Source: Camelus ferus
Taxonomy: Eukaryota
Assembly: GCF_009834535.1 (NCBI RefSeq)
Contig: NC_045697.1
Location: forward strand, 14,076,001 to 14,140,000
Reading direction: 5' to 3'
DNA: 64,000 nucleotides
Part shown: positions 50,431 to 62,420 of the stretch, in pieces
Numbering within the stretch: the first letter of the stretch is position 1
Layout: each line of letters starts with the position of its first letter
Program-made: the position numbers and the translations under genes
Notes under the pieces: model-generated
Databases searched by the model: none
What the model was told of the DNA's origin: nothing
The model's input: the letters and a program-made list of their open reading frames with translations, nothing else

Positions 50431-51848
50431 GGATTTTTTTTTTTTTTAAACAATTGCCACTATAAAGGACAGACACTTGGATTTATTTTAAGATGAAGAA
50501 ACCTGCAATCATTAGCAAGTCAGAGAGGAAGAATGGGTTTAGAGCAACATGAGAGTGAGAGTTAGTTAAGATGTATGTGGGAGCAAGGTTGTTCTGGACC
50601 CTGGAGGGAACTGATTAAATTCCAATCATAGGAAAGGAGACCAAAACGCTGTTGCTGGTTGACCAAAGAGTGAGTTGTTGTAGACATGACACACTGAAAG
50701 GAATATGAAACATTTAAATGGTTTATCTCATGAAGTCTACTTTATTTTTTGTCATAGAGCTTTTCTGACATTTTGCATGCTCTATAGATTTTGGATGATG
50801 GTAGAATTTGGTAGCATAAAAGTTATACTAAATAATAGGTCCCATTGGGTTTGCTGATGTTGAAGAGGTAGTTTATCACATAAAGCTATAATAAATTAAA
50901 TTTACAAGCAGAGATGAAAACATATATGAAGCTCTTGGTAAATTTTACTTCCCTGATTATTACCTCATCAGCTTTATCAGTGGAGCATATGGTAATAAAT
51001 CATATTGATCTTCAGCTCCAACAAAACACCCCCATTACCATTCATTATAATGGTACAACTTACTAGCTTAGTGACTCACTTTTTTTTTATTACTCTTTCT
51101 TTTTTTTATTAAAGAATCAGTAAGATTCATAAAATCTGGAAATAAAGCTAGGTGACATCTTTTCAAAAAAATTTTTGTCGATTCTGTGTTTTAATACATG
51201 ATGAACTGAAAATTACAAACTCCATATTTTTCAAATAATTTCTTAATCTGGATTTTACTATAAATTATCAGTAGAATTTTTTTGTTGCAAGTTTCAGACA
51301 TTTAATTCAAAAATGTTCAGTAGATTTCCTCCTGCGTCGTATGTCTTTATTCCTGCAGCTGTCTCACGTTCTGACAGAAAGAAAGTTTATACGGTGATGT
51401 ACAGGAGTGATAAATCTGGGTAGGAAAACTTGCCTCATCCTTTTCTTTTTTCTGCTTTGTGCTTGCAACTATAGCTTCGCACTTGTGGTACTTGCTTGGA
51501 TAATTAGTTGTTAAGCTATAAAAGGGAAACATTCCTTTAGAGTCAGAATTGAAATAATTTGGAGAAGGAGGAATAGAAAGAGACTAGGATTTATCTAATA
51601 ACCTGCAGGGTTGGACGCTACATACACACTGTAGCATTTGATCTTCTAACTGACCTTTGCTGGGGATATTTTTGCTATTTCAATAAAATAGGAAAACTAA
51701 TGCAGAGGCACAGGTTAGATAAAGTCTGGTTGTATTTCTCCAAGGGGCCTCATTATCCTGATGATTTTACCACGGTCCAGGATCTGTCCTCTGATTTGTA
51801 GACTAGGAGTCTGACTTTTGACTGCACCTGATTATTGCATTTTGCCAC

Positions 51849-51922
51849 TATATATATATATATATATGTGTATATATATATATATACACACACACACACA
51901 TATATGTATGTATATGTGTGTG
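51849..51922. repeat. Compound (TA)n(CA)n(TG)n microsatellite
   Basis: Seen directly. Confidence 0.9.
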
Positions 51923-51929
51923 TTTGTTG

Positions 51930-52085
51930 GTATAACATCTGTCTCCTTACTGAAGTAGTGGCTCTATGAAGGCAGGTACTGGTTCTGTTCTAATTACCAC
52001 TGAGCACCCAGGGACAAATCTAGTAGCTGTCACATAGTAGGCCCTTGATAAACATAAAATAAATATTTATGAAGTGAGTGGATAA
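51930..52085 (+). mobile_element. L2 3' end
   Basis: tctgtctccttactgaag...gctctatgaaggcagg...cacatagtaggccc...aaatatttatgaagtgagtg. Confidence 0.6.
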
Positions 52086-54304
52086 TTAAAAAATTAAACA
52101 TTTATAGCAGATCTGGCTCTGAAAGGGTAGAGCTGTATTAAACACTATTTAAAAACTAAAATCTGAAGGAGGAGTCCATTCTCTCCCTGTAGGAAAAAAA
52201 GTGATGCTTTTAAGCATAAAATCAGTAAGGGAAAATGTAATAGATAGAATGTTAAGTGGAATGGGCTAAAATGGGGTTATAATACTGAAAATTCGCTTGT
52301 TAATTTTTCCTGTGCCCTGTCCTGGCTTGGATTCCATGTGTCTGAGAACTCCTGTTTTCCTGCTCTTGGCTGACCAACCCAGTATCTAATAGGCAGCCCC
52401 CTTCTTTAGGTATAATACTCAATTCAATCTTCTCACAGATGTCTTAGACATCTTTCTCTAAGGGTATATTTTCTCCATAATGAAGCCTATAGACATTTAC
52501 CTCAAATTCCTCAAAGGCTGACAGCTTCATTTTGCTATTTAAAAAAAAGGTCAGGCTCAAAAAAGTTAAGAAATCTTGAAAAAAAAAAGTTCTTCAATTG
52601 TGAGGTGACTAAACTGGCCTCAACCTTAGATTTAATTGATTCCAGAGCCATGTTCCATCCTCCACTGAGCTGCAAAAGAAAGGCATGGCTTAGCTTGTTG
52701 GATTATCACTGAAGGGGTAATTGAAAAAATTATGAAAGGCTGATACTCAGAAAAACAGGACACTTTAAAAAACTTACGTATGAAGGAAGCATAGGATCAT
52801 AGAGAAAGACAAGGCATGACGGTATAAGAATGTTTGCAAAACTAAGAACTGTTTTATATTACTTTATATCTGGAACTACTGTTCTTTCCTGTTGTCTGTT
52901 AATATTCTTATATCTCCCTGGATTTTGCCTGCATAGAGCTTATCACAGCTTAATTTGATACTCTGACTCATGTCAAACTATCCTACTAGACTGCAAGCTT
53001 AATGAGGGCAGGACCATGTCTTTTTTCCTCACCATTTTTGTCCTAACATTTAGCATAATGGGAGTAGGGAGATGAACAGTGCGAGGGCAGGTAGAGAGGG
53101 TCTGGGACACACAATCTGGAGAGCCGCCAAACCTCCATTCTTCACAGTAAAAAAAATGTGACAAAGGAGTATGGACTGATGATGATGGATGGGAGGAGGA
53201 AACAGAATGTCTAATAAGAGGTAAAATTAGGTTTAGAAGAAAGTTGTTGCTGCCCTCGAATCTTTCCAACCCTTTGCTGCTTTGAACTCCACTGGTTGAG
53301 CACCTTGTTTTCGTACAGATGAAATGCCTCCAGCAAGTCTATACACAGTCTCACCCACGGCAACAAAATCATGAATAGCAAGTTGATTCTCTATATATCA
53401 AGTCCTCAGAATTAATTTCTTAAACCTTGTCATGAGGTCTAGTATTTTGAATGCAATGTGATGGATTGCTAGAAAGTAGACATTTAGTTCTCCTCAATCC
53501 AGTTATAGATTTTCTGCGACATGTCACCTGTTCAGACCATTACACAGAAATTCCATAAATCACGAAGAACAGTTAGTAAAAACATAGATTGTAACAATAC
53601 AGTGTGTCTTGTCGACTCTTAGGTCCTGTTGCTTTTACTCTTGGTTAGGTTTTTCAGGGTTCCAGAGCTGGGAGCCATGCAAGTCTTCCTTTTATTTGAG
53701 AGAAGATCAGGGCAGTGTTCAAATTACACAAAGGGGAAGTTATGGTAGCCAGGTTCTCAGGCCAGGCCTTCTGAGTGTCGTCTCAGTGTTTTCTGAGATG
53801 TACTGCAGACTCTCAGAAGTTATAATCCTTGTTTTGGATGTGCCATTCAAATACATAAAATGGAAAGGGGACTCACTTTGTTATGTAAACTCACTGGACT
53901 GCTTTTACTCTGCTAGTAATAAAGAAGGCTCTTTCAAAGAGATCCACAATGATGGAGGTTAGAGACGAGGTTCAGGAGTACAGTTTTTCTTTTGTGGCTT
54001 TCCTCTGGATCACTTGCATGCGTGATTATAAAGCAATGGAAGTGAGCGTGATTCTTGAATACTCTATCCAATTACAAACTGCATTTATGATACTGAATAT
54101 AACTTTAAAAGTATGTCTTTGTCCTCCGTTTCTGTTTAGAAATTCTGTGTTTAACCCTTTTCCCACTATTTCTGCATTTGACAAAATCCAAAATTTTGAA
54201 TCTTTTATTATCTATTGAATAATATGTGCCAAATTTTGAATCCGCATATTTCAAAGTTATTCGAGTTTCCATTGTTGAGGGTACATAAATTTGATTTGAT
54301 CAAC

Positions 54305-56226
54305 TTTTTTTTTGAATTATAGTCAGTTTACAATGTTGGGTCAATTTCCAGTGTAGAGCACAATTTTTCAGTTATACATGAACATACATATATTCATTGT
54401 TGCATTCTTTTTCACTGTGAGCTACCACAAGATCTTGTATATATTTCCCTGTGCTATACAGTATAATCTTGTTTATCTATTTTACATATGCCTGTCAGTA
54501 TCTACAAATTTCCACTCCCAGTCTGTCCCTTCCCACCCCCTCCCCCCCCCCGGCAAACCACAAGTTTGTATTCTATGTGTATGAGTCTGTTTCTGTTTTG
54601 TATTCATGTTCATTTGTATTTCTCTCTTTTTTCTTTTTTTTTTTTTTTTTTTCTCTTTAAGATTCCACATATGAGCGATCTCATATGTTATTTTTCTTTC
54701 TTTTTCTGGCTTACTTCACTTAGAATGACATTCTCCAGGGACATCCATGTTGCTGCAAATGGCGTTATGTTGTCGGTTTTTATGGCTGAATAGTATTCCA
54801 TTGTATAAATATACCACATCTTCCTTATCCAGTCATCTGTCGATGGACATTTAGGCTGTTTTCATGTCTTGGCTATTGTAAATAGTGCTGCTATGAACAT
54901 TGGGGTGCAGGTATCTTTCTGAAGTAGGATTCCTTCTGGATATATGCCCAGGAGGGGGATTCCTGGGTCATATGATAAGTCTGTTCCTAGTCTTTTGAGG
55001 AATCTCCATACTGTTTTCCATAATGGCTGCACCAAACTGCATTCCCACCAGCAGTGAAGGAGGGTTCCCTTTTGTCCATAGCCTCTCCAGCATTTGTCGT
55101 TTATGGACTTTTGAATGATGGCCATTCTGACTGGTGTGAGGTGATACCTCATTTTGTTTTGATTTGCATTTCTCTGATAATTAGTGATAATGAGCATTTT
55201 TTCATGTGCCTATTGATCATTTGTATGTCTTCCTTGGGGAATTGCTTGTTTAGGTCTTCTGCCCATTTTTGGACTGGGTTGTTTGTTTTTTTCTTATGAA
55301 GTCGTATGAGCTGCTTATATATTCTGGAGATCAAGCCTTTGTCGGTTTCATCTTTTGCAAAAATTTCTCCCATTCTGTAGGTTGTCGTTTGTTTTGCTTA
55401 TGATTTCCTTTGCTGTGCAGAAGCTTGTAAGTTTAATTAGGTCCCATTTGTTTATTCTTGCTTTTATTTCTGTTGCTTAGGTAGACTGCCCTAGGAGAAC
55501 ATTTTTGAGATGTATGTCAGATAATGTTTTGCCTGTGTTTTCTTCTAGGAGGTTTATTGTATCTTGTCTTATGTTTAAGTCTTTGATCCACCTTGAGTTT
55601 ACTTTTGTGTATGGTGTAAGGGAGTGTTCTAGCTTCATTGATTTACATCCTGTCTAGTTTTCCCAACACCATTTGCTGGAGAGACTGTCTTTATTCCATT
55701 GTATATTCTTGCCTCCTTTGTCAAAGATTAGTTGACCAAAAGTTTGTGAGTTCATTTCTGGACTCTCCATTCTGTTCCATTGGTCTATATGTCTGTTTTT
55801 GTACCAATACCATGCTGTTTTGATTACTGTAGATCTATAGTATTGTCTGAAGTCTGGGAGGGTTATTCCTCCAGCCTCTTTCTTTTTCTTTAGTAAAGCT
55901 TTGGCAGTTCTAGGTCTTTTGTGATTCCATGTAAATTTTATTATGATTTGTTCTAGTTCTCTGAAATATGTCCTGGGTAATTTGATACTGATTGCATTAA
56001 ATCTATAGATTGCCTTGGTCAGTATGACCATTTTAACAATACTGAGTCTTCCAGTCCAGGAGCATGGGATATCTTTCCATTTTTTTAAGTCCTCTTTAAT
56101 TTCCCTACTCAATGTTTTATAGTTCTCCATATATGTCTTTCACCTCTTTGGTTAGATTTATTCCTAGGTATTTTATTACTTTGGGTGCTGTTTTAAAGGG
56201 AATTGTTTCTTTACTCTCTTTTCCTG
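54305..56226 (-). mobile_element. Relatively young 5'-truncated L1 (about 1.9 kb, ORF2 C-terminus plus 3' UTR)
   Basis: Clear L1 ORF2 peptides: 55654..56130 ([24 protein letters not shown]...LPDFRQYY...AWYW), 55149..55373 and 54862..55197 ([13 protein letters not shown]...[16 protein letters not shown]). GATCAAC flanks both ends. Confidence 0.96.
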
Positions 56227-56440
56227 GATCAACATGTTCTTTTAAATAGCCCATTCTTCACTAGCTTATTAAGAGAGTTACAGGTACTCATGAAATCAAG
56301 CATGACTTTTTGATCATTTGTCACGCATTCAGTAATGTCTCAGCTAACAGAACAACTGTCATGCTGTGTAATTGGTTCATTTTCTTTAATTAATACCAAA
56401 TTTTGAAAATAAATTTTAAAAATGAATATATAGTTTGAAT

Positions 56441-56554
56441 ACTTTTATAGCACATGTAAAATAACCTTGACTTTACTATTTAGACAATATTGAGCTTGAC
56501 TAACTTTTATAGCACATGTTAATTAGCTTGACTTTACTATTCAGAAAATATTGA
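56441..56554. repeat. Imperfect tandem duplication, period about 62 bp
   Basis: acttttatagcacatgtaaaataaccttgactttactatttagacaatattga (56441-56493) and acttttatagcacatgttaattagcttgactttactattcagaaaatattga (56503-56554). Confidence 0.85.
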
Positions 56555-58139
56555 TAAAATATCTAAATAAAGCAAATGGTGCCACTTTTAATGTAATTTT
56601 GTATGAAATAAATAAGTGCTTCATAATCTGAGTTTGCCTTAGATAAATCAAAATAGATTGAAAATTTCAAAGTGAAATTATTTTCACTATAAATGTATTT
56701 AATTGTTTCACTACAAAAGTATGTAAAAACTTAGGTGTATTCAACTTAAGGGTTATGAAATGCAACAGAAAGTAGGCAGAGTTAAGAAAATGTTTAAAAA
56801 GAAAAATTTGGTCAATTCTACCTTAGTTCATGATTTAACTGGAGCGCTTGTTAGCATTTTGCAATTTAATGCATTCCTGGTATTTTTGTTACTTCAGATT
56901 CACCCACCTAGCCTATAACATGAGTTTTGGTCTTGAACTTTATATTTTTACAATTGTGTGTTCCTTAGGCTAACTGATAACTCTTAATATTTTGTATATT
57001 AGAAACATATATGACATGTTTTTTTAAAAACATCATAGCTAATACCTCATTCTGATAAAATTAATTTGCAAAGCAAGTTTGAAATTGTTGATTTTATTTC
57101 AGAAGTACTGAAACAGAATGTAGAAACCTATATGTTCTCTAAAGGTTAGCAGATACCTTTTCAGTTTTTGTACTGTAGAAAATAGTTTTGTTAGTTTTTA
57201 CATAAACAGGGTTCCAAATACGGATCTATCATCTGATCATTCTGATGTAGACAATTAAAATTACATTCATAAATTTGGCTCTGAGATTTGTACAGTAGCA
57301 GAAATTAAGTATAGATCCCCCAAATCTTATTAAAGAACTACTTTCTCTTCTATCAGATAATATCATCTTATCTAGAAGTGTCATTAAATAAACAGTCCTA
57401 GAATTGAAGTAAATCCATCAACAAATCCATCAAGTCATACAAAAGTCAGTATTTTAGCTCTGATTATGTGCTCATCTAGTTATGATTAGAAAAGCAAAAA
57501 AAGTATGATTCCTTTCTGGCAATATTGTTTTTTATTTTATGAGATAAATAGAAAGTCATTTGATGTAAAAGAATGTTTTGTACAAATTTTATGAATCCTA
57601 TAATCATTTCTTCATTTTTAGGTTATATCTGCTGACGTTTTCATATCATGATCTCATCATAAGTTAAGACCTTGAAAAAGACATAATAATGTAGCTTCCT
57701 ACAGAATGTAGGGAGCCAATTCATTATTCAGTACACAAAACAAAGAGCACCATTGTGTTCCCTCAGAACAGACATCTCACATTAATTCTTAGTTATCAGT
57801 AGCCATGCTTAGTGTAATCTCTAGCAGTTTTGATGGTTCCACAGCAAAATAGCATAAGATAAATTATGTAAAATAAATGTATAGATTAAACTATACTTGT
57901 AGTTCCATAAACCATTTTTGAGTTCACTAATAATCATTGGAGTATTTTTATCTTTATTTTGGCAGAATTCTCAATTTTATACACATATCTTGAACAATCT
58001 TTAACTGTTGTTGAATGAAATAGAATCATCATTTTTTAAAGCTACATGTATCCATTACATGCAGTGAATTCATTTTTATTAAGAGTGTGGGGTCATGATA
58101 AAATTCTTTGTACCTATTTCCATGAACCTTACTTCCAAT

Positions 58140-59260
58140 TTTTTTTCCAATTTTACTGAGAAATAATTGACAAACATAATTGTATGTATTTAAAGTGTAC
58201 AGCATGATGATTTGACATACTTACTCATTGTAAAATGATTACCAAGATCAAGATAATTAACACAGTCATCACCTCCCATAGTTAACTATTTTTGTGTGTG
58301 TGATGAGAAAGCTTAAGTTCTGCTTTCAGCAATTTTCAAGTATACTTTTGAAATATATTATTAACTATGGTCACTGTACTGTACATTAGATCCTCAGAAT
58401 TTATTCTTCTTATAACTTAATATTTGTACCTTTTAACCTACATCTCCCCATTTTTACTCCCATCAGCCTCAGCCAATCACTATTCTATAAAGAAACTGGC
58501 TTTTTTTTTTTTAGATTCCACATATAAGTGATAGCATACAGTATTTGTATTTATCTGTTCAGCTTATTTCACGTAACATATTATCCTTCCAGGTTCATCT
58601 ATGATGTCACAAATCACAGGATTTCCTTCCTTTTATGGTTGTGTAATATTGCATTGTATATACATCACAATTTATCCGTTCATCTGTAGTGGGACATTTA
58701 GGTTGCTTCCATATCTTGGCTATTGTGAATAAACCTGCAGTAAACATGGGAATGCAGATATCTCTTCAAGAGATTGAGTTCAGTTCCTTCAGATATATAC
58801 CCAGGAGTCGGATTGCTGGATTATATGGTAGTTCTATTTTTAATCTTTTGAGAACCACTATACTGTTTTCTATAATGGTGGTACTAATTTACATTCCCAC
58901 AAACAGTGCATGAGGGTTCTGTTTTCTCAACATCCTTGCCAACATTTGTTAAGTCTTGTCTTTTTGATAATAGCCATCCTAACAGGTGTGAGGTGACCTC
59001 ACTGTGGTCCTCATTTTCATTTCTCTAATGATTAGTGATGTTGAGTACCTGTTCGTGTTTCTACTCGCCATTTGTATGTCTTTGGAAAAATGTCTATTCA
59101 ATCCCTTTGCCCATTTATTATTTTGATTATTTGCTTTTTTTGCTGTTGGGTTGTATGAGTTCTTGACATATTTTGGATATTCACCCCTAGCAGATATATG
59201 ATTTGCAAATATTTTCTTCCATTCCGTTGGTTACCTTTTTCAACATATTGATTTTTTTCT
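58140..59260 (-). mobile_element. L1MA-like element, 3' UTR and ORF2 end, decayed
   Basis: ttttactgagaaataattgaca...tttagattccacatataagtga...gggacatttaggttgcttccatatcttggctattgtgaataa...gatttgcaaatattttcttccatt. Confidence 0.9.
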
Positions 59261-59614
59261 TATTTGTACCTAATTTCACAAAGAAATGTATATGATAACA
59301 TAACTGTTATATATATGTATACACACACCCTTTGTATGCCTTTTTGTCGTTGATTTGTTTGATCAGTTAAATAGAAAACCATAATGGCTTTCATAAGAGA
59401 AAAGTATAGAAGAATGAATCAAACTCTTGTACTATTAGTTAAAATGTGAAAATGAGTATGGTAAAATTGGTATAAAAGAAATATTAAAATGACTAGAGTA
59501 GTAAGGCAAAGCAGAAGCACTAACTGGTTTCTCTTAAACATTCCAAGTTATCTGATGAAAGTTATTGCAACAGATCATGACACCTAGAAAAATAACATTT
59601 TTTTCATGTTCTAC

Positions 59615-60300
59615 ATGTTCAACAAATATTTTTGAGCGCCTACTCTGCATCATGCATTACGGTTGAGAGATCACAGGTCCAGCTTTCAAAATGTATACAG
59701 TGCAGAGAACTGAAGCTTTACACAAACAGAAATGATCAAACCTATAGGACAAGTAATAAATCCGTGTGCATGGGGAGCACAGAGAAAGGAATCTCTTGAT
59801 TTTCCTGGGGGACTCCTAGAATCTTCAGGTATGAGGACATGTTTTGCCAGAAGAGAAACGTGGGGCTTTCTAGACAGAGGAAAGAGCATCACGAAGTCCC
59901 AGAAAAGTGGAAGATGATTGTGTCTTTGAGAAATGCAAACAGTTCTAATTGTTAGAACATAAAATAGAAGCCTAATCTTGAAGAATCACCATTCTGATGA
60001 CAGTAGGATGCAAGGGGAAATTTTGAGCAGTGTAGTAGTACGATTCTATTCGTTAGTTAGAAAAATCACTCTCACATGGAGTAGAGAATGGTTTGGCGGA
60101 AAAGAATGTAATAGAAACAGTCTACGTAAGGCAGGCTGCAGGCTCGGCGGAGATAGTGATGGGAGGCACTTACAAGAAGTGACTTGGAAGCTGTTGTGGT
60201 TAAATCACTAAAAAAGCTTCTGCAGGAAAGAAATGGAGATCCAGCAGACGTGAAATAAGACCTGTGTAGACTTTGACATGGAAATGAAGGCAGCTGGGGC
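59615..60300 (-). mobile_element. Degraded L2 LINE
   Basis: ttcaacaaatatttttgagcgcctactctg... then tttctagacagaggaaagagcatc and gaaaaatcactct...gagtagagaatgg, L2-like. Confidence 0.6.
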
Positions 60301-62080
60301 ATAGTTAACGTATAATTCATTCTCAAATGAATGAAATTGCTACTTGTTTTTTAAGAATTAAGTTATAGATTTAAGGGAAAGAGTAAATTGAAAATTTGTA
60401 GAGTTGAAATTCTACCAGTGATCATAGCGTTATCTGAACTTTCGGAGAAAGATGACAGATAACTTGGACAATGACTCAGTGCAGGCATCGGGGAGAAGGC
60501 TATTTCCTATCTCTCACTGAGTAACACTGTTAAACAAGTGATGTATAGTGATAATTTGCATTTTTTTAAACCAATATTACCAAATGGGAGACTTAGCTCA
60601 GTGCCTGACACATACTAAGTGTCCAGAAGGTTTTACTCATTAATGAAAAACAAAACAGCAAAACTTCCACTTGTCTTTCTTGGATTGCTAAAGAAAAATT
60701 ATGTATGAAAACTGAGTGTTAGTGACGTTATGATTCTGTGCTCTGTTCCCCTGAAATCTGTGAGGCGTGTGTCTCAGCCCATTTTTCCCTCTAAATCTAA
60801 ATTATGCGATTGTGTGTGTTGAGTGTACTTTTGTTTGCATTTGGGTATATGTGCATATAAATGCATACATAAAAAATTTTTAACACTCATTCAGAAGATC
60901 ATTGCCTGAAATATGAGGTCAGTAGAAACACACACACATTTTTGTCTTGCTTTAAATTCTTAAAGATCAAATGGAAAAAAAATTATTTTTATTATAAAAA
61001 CATCAGTTGTTTTTACACTCAGGGAAATGTACCCAGTATGACACATCACAAGAAATAAAATAAGAGTAAGGAAATGGACAATTTTCAGGAACAAGTCATC
61101 CAGAGACAGGGATCACTGATAATCAATTAGGATGGACACAGTCTTACGGCAAAAACCCTGGCTATATATGCAAGGTATGTCCCTCTAGGGACCAATATTC
61201 ACTCAGCTGTTAAAGGTATTTATTAAACTTAAAAGGTTCTAGAAACTGCAATTATATAACAGCAATAATATTCTAGTCTTAAATAATCTTGGGTTATTTT
61301 ATGTAGGGACATATGAGAGCTTTCAACGGTATGCATTTACTGCTCAAGTTAGAAGTAACATTCCAGAAATATGAAGCCCTTACTTTAGAGTTATTATGTA
61401 AAAGACAAGAAGATCCCTGATGTCAAAGTCATATTGCTACTTCCTCCTTTACAAAGGCTGGACTGAGGTTACCTATGATGAGAATGTTTGGCTACACCAA
61501 GCATGACTCAGAAGCTAGAGTCATTCTGCCACTCCAGCCTTCACCCCATTAAATCTGTTGTATTTTCTGGCAGCTGTTTTTGCCATTTACGTTAAAAGCA
61601 GATGGGGAAAATGCGAAGAACTGTCAGTTTTATTGCCATGTATAATCAGCATCTGGGCTGTATGTTACAGAAACAGTCAATCCAAACTCATACTTTACTA
61701 GTGGTGTAAAAAGTTTTTTGAGTTTCTAAGACACGTTCACATTAGAGAAAGTGTTATATTTGAATCATGTGGATCATGGAAATTGCAACCATTTATTTTT
61801 TTTTAGCCTCCATGTGAATGGTGCATGTGTGTATGTGTTTAATATGCAGTTATGAATTATCAGCAAAACCATTCTGCTAATTTGTTTTAAAATGTGTTTT
61901 GGAACCATAAATATTTGTTTCTAATTAGAGATTAAATCATGTGTCAGATTGATTCTTTATATAATCTGTGTATGTGTGTGTAACTAATATGCTGTAGACA
62001 TTGCAGCGTATAATGCTGTATATTATATGTTACACATGTACACATATAGATCCTCACTTTTATTGTTTCACCATTTTTAT

Positions 62081-62197
62081 GGGGGGGTCATTTAGGTTTA
62101 TTTATGTATTTATTTACTCAAACAGAGGTACTGGGGATTGAACCCAGGACCTTGTGCGTGCTAGGTATGCACTCTACCATTCAGCTATACCCTCCTC
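62081..62197 (-). mobile_element. tRNA-derived SINE, camelid Vic-1 type
   Basis: Reverse complement reads gaggagggtatagctgaatggtagagtgcatacctagcacgcacaaggtcctgggttcaatccccagtacctc...aaataaataca taaataaacctaaatgacccccc, with pol III A-box (tagctgaatgg) and B-box (ggttcaatcc). Confidence 0.85.
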
Positions 62198-62289
62198 CTG
62201 TTTCTCTATTTTTGAGCAGGAAAAGCATACTACATATTTATTATTTTACATCTCATAATTTTTACCAAAACATTTTTAGAAGGTTTTAT

Positions 62290-62420
62290 TTTCTTATTTT
62301 TCAGAAATAGAAACTCAGACAGAGAGAAACAGTAAAGTTTCCCAGATTCACAGAGCTAATCAGTGGCAGATCCAGAATTTATTCCAAGTCTGTATAAAGC
62401 TCATTTTTTTAATCACTAAA
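62290..62420. mobile_element. MIR SINE fragment
   Basis: ttttcagaaatagaaactcagacagagaga...tttcccagattcacagagctaatcagtggcagatccagaattt. Confidence 0.7.

Noticed and set aside
54862..56130. Protein-like ORFs on the minus strand as a host gene or active element
   Set aside because: They are frameshifted L1 ORF2 C-terminal fragments. The element lacks its 5' UTR, ORF1, endonuclease and most of the reverse transcriptase.
62125..62197. Possible tRNA gene
   Set aside because: tRNA-like head followed by an AT-rich SINE tail; it is a tRNA-derived SINE.
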